Shown: one piece after another, positions 1 to 8,912 of the stretch
Layout of the letters: each line of letters starts with the position of its first letter
How positions within the stretch are numbered: position 1 is the first letter of the stretch
Source: Longimicrobiales bacterium
GTDB lineage: Bacteria; Gemmatimonadota; Gemmatimonadetes; Longimicrobiales; Gaopeijiaceae
Assembly (NCBI GenBank): GCA_965204735.1
Contig: OZ242008.1
Span: forward strand, 3,808,001-3,872,000
Reading direction: 5' to 3'
DNA: 64,000 nucleotides
Position numbers and translations under genes: made by a program
The notes under the pieces: generated by a model
What the model saw: only the letters and a program-made list of their open reading frames with translations
Database searches by the model: none
What the model was told of the DNA's origin: nothing

Positions 1-195
1 CGGATCCTCGACATCTCCAACCCCGAGGAGCCCGAGGAAGTCGGGTTCTTCGACACGGTGCCCGCAGGCGACGACGTCCCCGGGTTCGCGGGGGCTTGGA
101 GCGTCTACCCGTACTTCGAGAGCGGCGTGATCGTCGTGTCGAGCATCCGGGAGGGACTCTTCGTGCTGCGAAAGAAGCCCCCTCCGGTCTCCTAA
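1..195 (+). CDS. C-terminal end of a choice-of-anchor B / LVIVD-repeat family protein (partial, runs off window start)
   Basis: Frame 1 reads RILDISNPEEPEEVGFFDTVPAGDDVPGFAGAWSVYPYFESGVIVVSSIREGLFVLR...*, TAA at 193-195; GAWSVYPYF-SG...GLFVL is typical of this family. Confidence 0.75.
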   Translation, partial: RILDISNPEEPEEVGFFDTVPAGDDVPGFAGAWSVYPYFESGVIVVSSIREGLFVLRKKPPPVS

Positions 196-292
196 GCGCT
201 GCGGATGCGCCCGCGACCGCGCGACCGGCGGGAAGGCCGAGTGCGGGCTGACCCGTCGGCAGGAGCTGCGGGGTCGGCAGGACCTGCGGGGG

Positions 293-1159
293 CTACGTCG
301 GCAGGACTTGGGGCGCGTCGCCCTCTTGGAACCGCTGGGACACGACGCCGACCGGCCACTGGTAGACGCGGGAGATGTTTGCGCCGGTGATCACATCGGC
401 GGAAGCGCCTTCCGCTGCCGTTGCGCCCTCCGCCAGGAGCAGGTGGCGGTCCCCGAAGCGCGCGGCGAGGTTCAGGTTGTGGGTCACGACCACGACCGCC
501 GCGCCTTCGTCCGTCGCCAGCTCGCGCAGGAGCCGGAAGATCGACATCTCGTAGCGCATGTCCAGCGCTGCCGTGGGCTCGTCCAGCAAGAGGACCCGGG
601 GCTCCTGCGCCAGCGCTCGGGCGATCCGGACGCGTTGCCTTTCGCCCCCGGAGAGGGTGCGGAAGTCCCGGTCCTCCAACCCAGCCACGCCGCACCGCTC
701 CATCGCCTCGGCCACCGCCGCCCGGTCCGGCGCGCGCGCTCTTCGCCACGGGCCTAGATGGGGGTAGCGGCCCATCGCCGCCAAGCTGCCGGCCGTGACG
801 GGAAAGGGAACGTGCTCCTGCTGGGCGACCACCGCCAGCCGCTGGGCGAGGAGCCGTCGCGGCCATTCGTCTAGGGGGCGCCCGCCGTACTCCGCCGTTC
901 CGGATCGGGGTCGGACGCCCCCGGCCAGCAGGCGCAGCAGCGTGGACTTCCCGGAGCCGTTGGGGCCCAGGATCGTGGACACGAAGCCGGGCTCGGCCCG
1001 CAGGGAGACGTTTCGCACCGCATCGCGCGCAGCGCCTCGGTAGCGGTGGCAGAGCGAGATGCCTTCCAGGGCCGCCCCGGAATCGCCCCCAAGAGGGGGG
1101 CCGCCGTCCGTCCGCCTTCGCCGCGAGCCGCGGCCGGTTTCGCCGCGCCCGCCCGTCAC
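293..1159 (-). CDS. Iron-chelate/cobalamin ABC transporter ATP-binding subunit (BtuD/FecE/HmuV-like)
   Basis: Walker A GPNGSGKST, signature LSGGERQRV, Walker B LLLDEPT, H-loop VTHNLN; GTG at 1159 overlaps the permease stop (GTGA). Confidence 0.9.
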   Translation of the reverse strand: MTGGRGETGRGSRRRRTDGGPPLGGDSGAALEGISLCHRYRGAARDAVRNVSLRAEPGFVSTILGPNGSGKSTLLRLLAGGVRPRSGTAEYGGRPLDEWPRRLLAQRLAVVAQQEHVPFPVTAGSLAAMGRYPHLGPWRRARAPDRAAVAEAMERCGVAGLEDRDFRTLSGGERQRVRIARALAQEPRVLLLDEPTAALDMRYEMSIFRLLRELATDEGAAVVVVTHNLNLAARFGDRHLLLAEGATAAEGASADVITGANISRVYQWPVGVVSQRFQEGDAPQVLPT

Positions 1160-2139
1160 TTCCCGCTCCGCACCAGCAGGACGGCGAAGAGCGGCACCCC
1201 GATCAGCGCCGTGACCACTCCCGTGGGCAGCTCCTGGGGCGCCGCCACCGTCCGCGCCGCCGTGTCGGCGAGCACGAGAAAGGCGGCGCCCCCCAGAAAG
1301 GATGCCGGAACGAGGACCCGGTGGGCGCCGCCCCACGCCATCCGCAGCGCATGGGGCACGATCAGTCCCACGAAGCCGATGATCCCCACCATGGACACCG
1401 TCGCGGCGACGGCCAGCGACGCCGCCAAGTAGCCGACCTGCTTGACCCGTTCCACCGGCACCCCCAGATAGGTCGCCGTCTCCTCGCCGGCGGCAAAGAG
1501 GTCCAAGGGGCGCGCCAACGCCCAAGCCGCGATCAGGCAAGGCGCCAGGAAGACCGCCAGCGCGCCGACCTCCACCGGTCCCGCCCGCGACAAGCTGCCC
1601 ATCATCCAGAAGACGGCGGAGCGGAAGGACTGGGCGTCGGCGGCAGTGAGCATCAGCAGGATCACCGCGTTGAAGAACGCCCCGGCGATCACCCCCGCCA
1701 GGAGGAGAACCCGGGAGTCGAGGGTCGGCCCGGCGGCCGTCGCCAGGCGCAGAACAAGGACGATCGCGAGCAGCGCTCCGGCCAGGGCGCCCGTCGCGAC
1801 GCCCCAGTGGGAAGACGCGAAGCCCGCGAGCATGGTGGCGACCGCACCCAGCGCTGCGCCGCCGGACACGCCCAGGATGTACGGGTCCGCCAAGGGGTTG
1901 CGGAGGAGCGCCTGGAAGACCGCTCCCGCGACCGCCAGCGCGCCCCCCGCCAGCAGCGCCAGCAGGACTCGGGGCAACCGCACGTCGAGGATCACGGTGC
2001 GCTGGCGCTCGTCCCCGCCGCCGAGCAGCACGTCCAGCGCTTCTGCCGAGCCCATCGGGGCGGCCCCCGTTGCGAGCCCCACGAAGGCGGCGCCGACCAG
2101 CAGCCCCGCCAGCAGCAGGAAGATCCGGGCGCGGCTCAT
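1156..2139 (-). CDS. FecCD/BtuC-family ABC transporter permease
   Basis: RLPRVLLA, FQALLRNPLADPYILGVSGGA, GIIGFVGLIVPH, ELPTGVVTALIGVPLF; ATG 2139 overlaps upstream stop (ATGA). Confidence 0.92.
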   Translation of the reverse strand: MSRARIFLLLAGLLVGAAFVGLATGAAPMGSAEALDVLLGGGDERQRTVILDVRLPRVLLALLAGGALAVAGAVFQALLRNPLADPYILGVSGGAALGAVATMLAGFASSHWGVATGALAGALLAIVLVLRLATAAGPTLDSRVLLLAGVIAGAFFNAVILLMLTAADAQSFRSAVFWMMGSLSRAGPVEVGALAVFLAPCLIAAWALARPLDLFAAGEETATYLGVPVERVKQVGYLAASLAVAATVSMVGIIGFVGLIVPHALRMAWGGAHRVLVPASFLGGAAFLVLADTAARTVAAPQELPTGVVTALIGVPLFAVLLVRSGK

Positions 2140-3122
2140 CCGCCAGGCGGCCCGCCGCGCGCGTTCAGCCGCTCGGCCAAGTACGCCGCCGCCATCCCCA
2201 TGCGAGGTCCGGGACGTCCGAACAGCGAGGCGTCCACCGAGATCACGCGGCCCGCGGCCACCGCCGGCACGGCCCGCCAGCCGGGAGCCGCCGCCAGCGC
2301 GCTCGCCGACGGGTCGGGCGTCCCAGGCGCAACGGGACTCCCGGAGCGATCCAGCACGCTGGGCTCGACGCGCGGCGTGCCGTACTCCTGCACTGGCACG
2401 ATCACGTACTCGGGATCCCGCCACACCACCTGCTCCATGCTCACCTGGGGCCACGCGCTGCGAACGTCGCGGAAGACGTTGGCGGCGCCCGCCGCCGCGA
2501 GGATCGAGTCCACGAACGTCCCCGGCCCCACCGTGGTCGGCGGGTCCTGCTGGACCACGTACACGACCGGCACTGGGTCGCGGCCCGTCCACGAATCGGC
2601 GGCTGCGCGCAGATCCGCCGCCACGACCGCCAAGATCGAGTCCGCGGCCCGCTCCATCCGGAGGAGCCGGCCCAGGTTTGCCGTCAACCGCTGGAAGTCG
2701 CCCACGGAGTGCACCAGGGCGCCGTACCAAGGCACGCCCAGGGCGTCCAAGCGCTCGCCCACCGATGCCCCATGTCCGCGTGCCGGCCAAAGGACCACCA
2801 ACTCCGGCGCGAGCTCCACCAGCGCCTCGATGCTGGGGTTCAAGGGGTCGCCCAAGGAGGGAAGGGAGGCGAGTTCGGGCTGGACGTCGTACCGGGTGCG
2901 CGCGATCAGGCGGTCGCCGGCGCCGATCTCGACCAGCGTCTCCGTCGCCGATGGCACGAGGGACACGATCCGCGACCGAGGCCTCGCGACGTCGTGGAGG
3001 CGGCCCAAGTCGTCGGCGACGGCATCGACGGCGCCTTCGTCGACCCCGCCGGGAGCGCATCCCGTGCCCAGAGAGCCCAGGAAGACGCCGGCCGCCGCCA
3101 GCGACGCCGCGCCACGCCTCAC
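2136..3122 (-). CDS. Helical-backbone metal/cobalamin-binding lipoprotein (BtuF-like)
   Basis: Lipobox-like LGTGC; RIVSLVPSATETLVEIGAGD, PSIEALVELAPELV, GGxNVF-like AGAANVF, RPGPRM; GTG 3122 overlaps the feoB stop. Confidence 0.85.
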   Translation of the reverse strand: MRRGAASLAAAGVFLGSLGTGCAPGGVDEGAVDAVADDLGRLHDVARPRSRIVSLVPSATETLVEIGAGDRLIARTRYDVQPELASLPSLGDPLNPSIEALVELAPELVVLWPARGHGASVGERLDALGVPWYGALVHSVGDFQRLTANLGRLLRMERAADSILAVVAADLRAAADSWTGRDPVPVVYVVQQDPPTTVGPGTFVDSILAAAGAANVFRDVRSAWPQVSMEQVVWRDPEYVIVPVQEYGTPRVEPSVLDRSGSPVAPGTPDPSASALAAAPGWRAVPAVAAGRVISVDASLFGRPGPRMGMAAAYLAERLNARGGPPGG

Positions 3123-5026
3123 AACAGCGCGTGCGCCGCCCACGCGCCGATGCAGCCCAGGGTCAGCATGTAGCAGAACTGGAGCACGGGCCATCGCCAG
3201 CCTCCGGTCTCCCGACGCATCACGGCCACCGTGGACATGCACTGCAAGGCGAAGACGAAGAACACGAGGAGCGCGACGGCCGATCCCAAGTCCAGGTCAC
3301 GGCGCAGCGAGTCCTGAAGCTCGATCGTCGTCTCGTCCACGTCCTCCACGCCGTAGATCGTGCCCAAGGTGCCCACGATCACTTCCCGCGCCGCCAGCGA
3401 CGTGATCAGCCCGATCCCGATCCGCCAGTCGAAGCCGAGGGGCGCGACGGCGGGCTCGATCGCCTGTCCGATCCGGCCGAGGGCGCTGTCCTCGATCGTC
3501 GGAGGCTCGCCGGCGGGCGTCCGAGGGACCTGGGTCAGGCCCCAGAGCACGATCGTCGTTGCCAGGATGATCTTCCCGGCGCGCCGGAGGAAGACCTTGG
3601 TGCGGCCCACGAGGCGGGCGGCGATCGAGCGAACGGTGGGCCAGCGGTAGGGCGGCAGCTCCATCACGAACGGGGCCGAGGCGCCTCGCAGCAGCGTGCC
3701 CTTCAGCAGCGCCGCCGTCCCCACCGCGGCCGCGAGTCCCAGGGCGTAGAGCCCCAGCATGACCGCGGCTCGTCGGCCGAGAAAGGGTCCCAGAAGCGGC
3801 CCCTGGGGGATGAACGCGGCGATGAGAAGGGCGTACACCGGCAGGCGGGCCGAGCAGGTCATGAAGGGGGCGACGAAGATGGTGGCGATTCGATCCCGTT
3901 CGCTCTCCACCGTGCGCGCCGACATGATCGCCGGAACCGCGCAGGCGTAGGCCGAGAGAAGCGGAAGGAACGATGCGCCCTGGAGACCCGCCCCGTGCAT
4001 CATGCGGTCGGCGATGACGGCGGCCCGGGCCATGTAGCCCGAGTCCTCCATCACCGCGATGAAGAAGAAGAGGATCAGGATCTGCGGCAGGAACACCACC
4101 ACGGAGCCCACGCCGGCCCAGACCCCATCGACCAGCAGCGAGCGGAACCATCGATCGGGGAGCGCGGCCGCCAAGTACTCGCCCGAACCGGCGACCAGCG
4201 CCTCCACGCCGTCCATCAGAGGAACCGCTCCCGCGAAGATCGACTGGAAGACCACGACCACCACGGCCAGGAACGCCAACGGCCCCCAGCCGCGGTGGAG
4301 GAGCACGGCGTCGAGTCGGCGGGTGAGGCGCGACGGTCGAGGCGGCTCGAAGCCTGCGGACCGGCCCAGCTCCCGGGCCCGCCGTCGCCGGGCGGCGAAG
4401 AGGTCCACCACCGGCAGGCGCCGGCCTTGGCCGCTCGCGTCGGGAGACGCTCCCGCGAACTCGCCGATCGGGCACGACCGCGCGTCCTCGCCCCCGACGC
4501 GCAGCTCCTCCATGAAGCGGCGGACGGGCTCCAGCTGCGAGTCGTCCCGGGCATCCACCAGCGTCGCCGCCACGCCCAGCTCGCGGGAGAGCGCCGACGC
4601 GGTGAGGGCGCCGTCTCGCCGACCGAGCTCGTCGGCCATCGTGAGGACGACCAGCGTGGGGAGACCCAGGTCCAGGACCGGCTCCGCGACCATCAGGTGG
4701 GACTCGAGGCGGGTGGCGTCCAGGACGAGGACTACCGCGTCGGGGGCTTGGCCTTCGTCCAGCTTCCCCAGGAGCACGTCCCGGGTCACCATCTGATCCA
4801 GGCTGCGGGGCGACAGCCCGTGAACCCCGGGCAAGTCGGTGACCTCGACGGGTCCAGCCGGCAAGGAGGCGACGCCCGTTTTTCTCTCGACGGTGACGCC
4901 GGGGTAGTTGGCGACCCGCTGGCGAAGTCCGGTCAGGCAGTTGAAGAGCGTGGACTTCCCCGAGTTCGGAGGCCCCACCAGGGCCACCCGCGGGAGGTCG
5001 TTCCTCGGAGCGCCCTCCTCGCTCAA
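3119..5026 (-). CDS. feoB: Ferrous iron transporter B
   Basis: G1 GPPNSGKST, ANYPGVTVERK, DLPG; membrane motifs EDSGYMARAA, CAVPAIM, PFMTCSARLPVY, FVMELPPYR, AREVIVGTL; probable TTG start at 5026 overlapping the feoA stop (ORF open to 5065). Confidence 0.95.
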   Translation of the reverse strand: MSEEGAPRNDLPRVALVGPPNSGKSTLFNCLTGLRQRVANYPGVTVERKTGVASLPAGPVEVTDLPGVHGLSPRSLDQMVTRDVLLGKLDEGQAPDAVVLVLDATRLESHLMVAEPVLDLGLPTLVVLTMADELGRRDGALTASALSRELGVAATLVDARDDSQLEPVRRFMEELRVGGEDARSCPIGEFAGASPDASGQGRRLPVVDLFAARRRRARELGRSAGFEPPRPSRLTRRLDAVLLHRGWGPLAFLAVVVVVFQSIFAGAVPLMDGVEALVAGSGEYLAAALPDRWFRSLLVDGVWAGVGSVVVFLPQILILFFFIAVMEDSGYMARAAVIADRMMHGAGLQGASFLPLLSAYACAVPAIMSARTVESERDRIATIFVAPFMTCSARLPVYALLIAAFIPQGPLLGPFLGRRAAVMLGLYALGLAAAVGTAALLKGTLLRGASAPFVMELPPYRWPTVRSIAARLVGRTKVFLRRAGKIILATTIVLWGLTQVPRTPAGEPPTIEDSALGRIGQAIEPAVAPLGFDWRIGIGLITSLAAREVIVGTLGTIYGVEDVDETTIELQDSLRRDLDLGSAVALLVFFVFALQCMSTVAVMRRETGGWRWPVLQFCYMLTLGCIGAWAAHALL

Positions 5027-5316
5027 TTGGCGTCTAGGACTCCCGCCGCCTCCAGAGCGCTGCACACGCAGAGACAGGACGCCGTTTCTTTGCGAAGGGC
5101 GACAAGCGCTCCGTCCACCAAGTAGATCGTGGGGCTCCCTGCCGGCGCATGGCGGACGGGGCAGAGCTTGCAGCCGGGGACGATTCCTCGCTCCAGCAGC
5201 GGCTCCAGGTCGTCGCCGGCCATGTCGATGCGCACCAGGACGACTTCTTCCTCGAACGGCACGTCGGCCAGCATTCGTTCCGCGCCCTTGGGGGCCGGTT
5301 GGCTTCTGCTCGTCAT
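5023..5316 (-). CDS. feoA: FeoA-family protein
   Basis: LLERGIVPG...APAGSPTIYLVDGALVALRKETA is FeoA SH3-like; directly upstream of feoB; start uncertain. Confidence 0.85.
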   Translation of the reverse strand: MTSRSQPAPKGAERMLADVPFEEEVVLVRIDMAGDDLEPLLERGIVPGCKLCPVRHAPAGSPTIYLVDGALVALRKETASCLCVCSALEAAGVLDAN

Positions 5317-5377
5317 GGGGTTCGGCTCCGCGTCCGCCCGCAAGGCGATTTGGGACGCTTCCATGCGTCGTTGGGCC

Positions 5378-5402
5378 AATTGAGATTGAGATTGATTCTC
5401 AA
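5378..5402. promoter_or_regulatory. Fur-box-like operator upstream of feoAB
   Basis: AT-rich AATTGAGATTGAGATTGATTCTCAA; inverted repeat TTGAGA-TTGAT-TCTCAA (5386-5402) plus hexamer periodicity, directly upstream of an iron-uptake operon. Confidence 0.75.
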
Positions 5403-5688
5403 CTAGCCTTCGCGACAGTAGAGTAAGGAACCCTCGCGAGAAAGGGAAGCCCTGAGCGACGGCGACTTGTCGTGGGCGCGCGCCGAGTCCGGGGTCGCCG
5501 GCCGCCGCATCGCGCTCGCGCGGACCGCCAGGGAGCGCTTGCCCGGTGCGCTCGCAGGAAATGGACCCCGTCGTCGTCGTTGAACGCGAGTGCGCCTCAA
5601 TGGCTCGGCAGTGCGTGCTCCTACCGGTGGACCGTCGCCGGCGGCTGGCCCGAGGCGGTCGCGGCCGCCGCCGGCGGGTCCGGGTTGG

Positions 5689-5898
5689 TCAGCCCAGCCT
5701 GACGACGTTCTCCGCGGCGGGTCCCTTGGCGCCGGCCACCACGTCGAACTCCACGCGCTCGCCTTCGGCCAGGCTCCTGAAGCCCTGTCCCTGAATCGCG
5801 GAGTAGTGGACGAAGCAGTCTTCCCCGTTGTCGGCCCGCGAAATGAATCCGAAGCCCTTCTGGTCGTTGAACCACTTGACGGTTCCTTCGGTGCGCAC
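5689..5898 (-). CDS. cspA: Cold-shock protein (CspA family), 69 aa
   Basis: [16 protein letters not shown]...[27 protein letters not shown]...[11 protein letters not shown] start with AAGGAG RBS. Confidence 0.95.
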   Translation of the reverse strand: MRTEGTVKWFNDQKGFGFISRADNGEDCFVHYSAIQGQGFRSLAEGERVEFDVVAGAKGPAAENVVRLG

Positions 5899-5991
5899 TT
5901 GCCGTTCTCCTTGTTCCGTTGCTGAAAGGTCCGCCGGTCCCTCGGTGGCCCGGTCGGCGTCGGCGACCGGGCCGGCGGAGCGTCCCATTCG

Positions 5992-6050
5992 CCAACAAAA
6001 ACGACGGGCGCCCCCGGTTCCGGCTCGCGCGGGGCCCGTCTCGTGTAGTG
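5992..6050 (-). terminator. Possible intrinsic terminator or structured csp leader element
   Basis: Inverted repeat GACGGGC (6003-6009)/GCCCGTC (6044-6050) followed on the minus strand by GTTTTTGTT. Confidence 0.4.
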
Positions 6051-6162
6051 CGGTGTTGGCTGCTGAGTGCTGCTCCTGTCGGTGCGACGGAAAGCTCGCA
6101 CGGAATCCCGCTCGGGTCAATGGGGCGGCGCCGGTCAGGTCAATGGGGCGGCCCCGGACGTG

Positions 6163-6747
6163 TCAGCGGGGGCGGCCCCGGAAGACGGGCGGGACTCTGG
6201 GGGCGAGGAGCGGCCGACTCGGGAACTCGCTTCTCCACGTGTGCAGGGAGCCCCGCAGCTCCGGCCAGCTGGCTCCGACGTTGCACAGCAGGGAGGGTTG
6301 GTTGCTCCGGCAGGGCGGCGCGCGGACCACCAGCGTGTCCGACGCGAAGTCCCCCGCCGGAGTGCGCCCGGCAACCACCAGCCGGAAGTCGTAAGCTCGA
6401 GGAACGTTGCCCCACAGTCTTGCGGTGTCGGGCGACTGGAAGCGCTTGCGGCCAGCCTGGCGCACGACCTTGGGGCGCCAGAACGGATTGCCCGTGACCG
6501 CTTCCAGCTCCCAAGTCAGCACCAAGTCCTGACGCACCGCGGGAACGGCGCTGACCCGAATCCAGAGGCGCTGGACTTCCACGTCCAGGGTGTCGATGGC
6601 CAGCACGAGTCCAACTCGCTCGGCTTCCGCTCTCCCAACCGCCGTCGGGGGGCCGGCGTCGCAGGCGGAAGCCGTGGCCAAGCCGAAGGAGAGGAGGAAG
6701 AAGCGGCGCAGGATCTTCGGCAGTTCCGGCGTCCTGGGTCCGTGCAT
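6163..6747 (-). CDS. Hypothetical lipoprotein
   Basis: ATG 6747 with GAGGAGG RBS; RRFFLLSFGLATASAC lipoprotein signal; no recognised domain. Confidence 0.6.
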   Translation of the reverse strand: MHGPRTPELPKILRRFFLLSFGLATASACDAGPPTAVGRAEAERVGLVLAIDTLDVEVQRLWIRVSAVPAVRQDLVLTWELEAVTGNPFWRPKVVRQAGRKRFQSPDTARLWGNVPRAYDFRLVVAGRTPAGDFASDTLVVRAPPCRSNQPSLLCNVGASWPELRGSLHTWRSEFPSRPLLAPRVPPVFRGRPR

Positions 6748-6809
6748 GGCGTCCTCCTCTGTCTGGACCACTGCCCCGTGGTCCGTTGGTCCGTTCCCCT
6801 CCAGTATGG

Positions 6810-6825
6810 TTTAGGTGATCCTAAA
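6810..6825. promoter_or_regulatory. DtxR/MntR-type palindromic operator
   Basis: Perfect palindrome TTTAGG-TGAT-CCTAAA in an AT-rich patch ~60 nt upstream of the 6747 lipoprotein start. Confidence 0.6.
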
Positions 6826-6845
6826 ACGCAACAGTTTTGTATTCG

Positions 6846-7952
6846 CTATGTAACGAATCGATCGCGAAAATGTTGTGGAACAGGGATGGGCCCGGGCTCG
6901 TGCCCGTCCCCGAGCAGCGCCATGGGCAGCGGATCGAAGTAGAGCTGCCCCAGCAGGCGGCGGCAGTCGTGGCGGAGAGCCGAGCGGCGAAGCAGCTCCA
7001 AGGGAAGCGTTCGGGGTGCGCTGGCCAGGCGGTACTCCTCGATCGCGACGTCGAGCCGTCGGGCTTCCTCCGGCCCCAGGACCTGCTCCAGGCAGTCTCG
7101 AGCGCGCCGGAGCACGTCGACGTGGCCGCCCCGCCGCGCCGGGGTCCCCAGGACGGCCGAGAGGCCGGCTTCGTAGCGGGCCAAGAGGCTGCGGGATCGG
7201 CCTTTCCGGCCCACAAGACGGTTCATTCGCCGCGTCGCCTGCTCGTCGCGCGCCCAGAAGAGGAGCTCGTGGGCTTCGTGATAGGCCACCAGCCCTGCCG
7301 GGTCCGGCCGACTGCGGCGGTGTGCGTGCCCTGCCCGCCGGTCCCTTGGCTCCGCCTCTCGTTCCGCGAGCACGTGCCACCGGTTCCGGGCGAAGGCGCG
7401 CTCCGCGAAGTCCTCCCTTGTCCTTCTCCCGGCCAGCGCGCTTTCCTCCACCACGGGAAGTCCCGGCCAGCGCTTCCGCAGCTCGGCGGCGAAGACCCCG
7501 TTCCCACGGGCGTGGAGGGCCTGCCCGTCCCGATGCAGCTTCACGCTGCCCAGTCCGCACGATGGGGACGCGCTCTTGAGGACGTACCCGTCGAGCCCCG
7601 CTCCGGCCAGCTCCTTGATTCGGAGCTGGGCCCATTCGCGCATCTTCTCGGTGTGGTCGCGCCGGGCGGCCGGCTCCACCAAGCGGATGCCGCCGTCCGC
7701 TTCCTCGAGGCGGATCGGAGGCCGGGGGACCCCCATGCCGATCTCGACCTCGGGACAGACCCTTTCCCACCGGACCCAAGGGGCCAGCGCCTCCGTCAGG
7801 AAGAGGTCGCGCTTGTGGCCTCCGTCGTAGCGAACCGCGTCGCCCAGGAGGCAGGCGGACACGCCCAGGCGAACGGGCCTTTCGGGCGAGAACCAGCGGC
7901 GCCAACCGCCCGGCCAGGGGGCCGACGCCGCGCGGACGCCCTCATCCGGCAA
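6846..7952 (-). CDS. DUF523 (TudS / 2-thiouracil desulfurase-like) + DUF1722 protein, YbgA-like
   Basis: GVSACLLGDAVRYDGGHKRD, VCPEVEIGMGVPRPPIRL, SPSCG, GNGVFA; C-terminal LLGQLYFDPLP. Confidence 0.88.
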   Translation of the reverse strand: MPDEGVRAASAPWPGGWRRWFSPERPVRLGVSACLLGDAVRYDGGHKRDLFLTEALAPWVRWERVCPEVEIGMGVPRPPIRLEEADGGIRLVEPAARRDHTEKMREWAQLRIKELAGAGLDGYVLKSASPSCGLGSVKLHRDGQALHARGNGVFAAELRKRWPGLPVVEESALAGRRTREDFAERAFARNRWHVLAEREAEPRDRRAGHAHRRSRPDPAGLVAYHEAHELLFWARDEQATRRMNRLVGRKGRSRSLLARYEAGLSAVLGTPARRGGHVDVLRRARDCLEQVLGPEEARRLDVAIEEYRLASAPRTLPLELLRRSALRHDCRRLLGQLYFDPLPMALLGDGHEPGPIPVPQHFRDRFVT

Positions 7953-8637
7953 TGGAGTGGCCCAGGGAGAGCGCCGCGGCCACGCCGACGGGCGTGATCA
8001 GGTTGTCGTCGATACCCGTGGAGAGCGCCTCCAGCGCGGCGGCGACGAAGGCCACGGCCAAGCCCAAGGGCGCGCCCGCAAGAGGAACCAGCACCGCCGA
8101 GGCGACGACGAAGAAGGCCGCCGTTCCCTGCACGCTCCCCTTGCCCAGGGGGCGCGTCCCCCAGAGGCGGCCCGCCACGCCGGCGGCCGGGTCGGCCAGC
8201 CCGACGACAAGCATCGCGGGAACGAAGTGAGCGGGCAGGAAGAGCGCCGTCGCCAGCGCTCCCGTCGCGAACCAGGAGGACGACGCGACGCCGCGGGCCT
8301 CCCGAGGAGACGCCAGAGCCCGGAACCAACCGAAAAACGCGGCGTTGACCGCCGGGCGACGGAGACGGACCGCGTCGACCCCGAAGCCGACGACCGCGGC
8401 GGCCGCCAGGAGCCCGCGAAAGCCGGTCGCGTCCGCGCCGGTCGCGTGGCCCGCCACGGCCAGCGCCACGCCGCCCGACGCGTGAAACGCCCGACGCCAG
8501 GGCTGAACTCCCTCCGTCCTCCGGACCAGGGCTTCGAATCCGGCAGCGGTTCGGCTCTCGGGCCCGTCGGGCGCCTTGCCACCTGCGCCGGCGCCCTCGC
8601 CGGGCTCCGCAGACGCGCCGAACCACGTCCGTTTCAT
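7942..8637 (-). CDS. SEC59/DGK1/VTE5-family CTP-dependent lipid kinase (membrane)
   Basis: RRAFHASGG, GLADPAAGVAGRLWG, KGSVQGTAAFF, IDDNLITP; start uncertain. Confidence 0.8.
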   Translation of the reverse strand: MKRTWFGASAEPGEGAGAGGKAPDGPESRTAAGFEALVRRTEGVQPWRRAFHASGGVALAVAGHATGADATGFRGLLAAAAVVGFGVDAVRLRRPAVNAAFFGWFRALASPREARGVASSSWFATGALATALFLPAHFVPAMLVVGLADPAAGVAGRLWGTRPLGKGSVQGTAAFFVVASAVLVPLAGAPLGLAVAFVAAALEALSTGIDDNLITPVGVAAALSLGHSIAG

Positions 8638-8772
8638 GAGGACTGCCGCGTCATTCGTTCCGCTGCGGGAAGAATCGGGTTCGGGGACAACGCCTGGAAC
8701 CTCGTTCGGAGGCATCCACGGCGGCAAGCTGGGGCGGGCCGCGACGAAGCCCCCCGGCTGCTCCAAGACAGG

Positions 8773-8812
8773 GTTACGACACCGTTACGCAACTCGCCCA
8801 CGGGCCGTTACG
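8773..8812 (+). promoter_or_regulatory. Pho-box-like direct repeats
   Basis: GTTACG at 8773, 8784 (11-bp spacing) and 8807, upstream of an operon ending in a PhoB-like regulator. Confidence 0.5.
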
Positions 8813-8912
8813 ACGGCTCGGCATCATGCGGTCGCAACCCGCACTTCGCGGACGCGCATCCCCGCTTCGCGAAGCAGGGACCCTTCTTCCGCACGGAGCA
8901 ACCAGACCGCAC

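Noticed and set aside
255..306. GTCGGCAGGA x3 near the ABC ATPase stop
   Set aside because: Short local duplication with no evident function
5400..5690. Cobalamin riboswitch upstream of the btu-like genes
   Set aside because: No recognisable B12-box; an Rfam scan would be needed to exclude it fully
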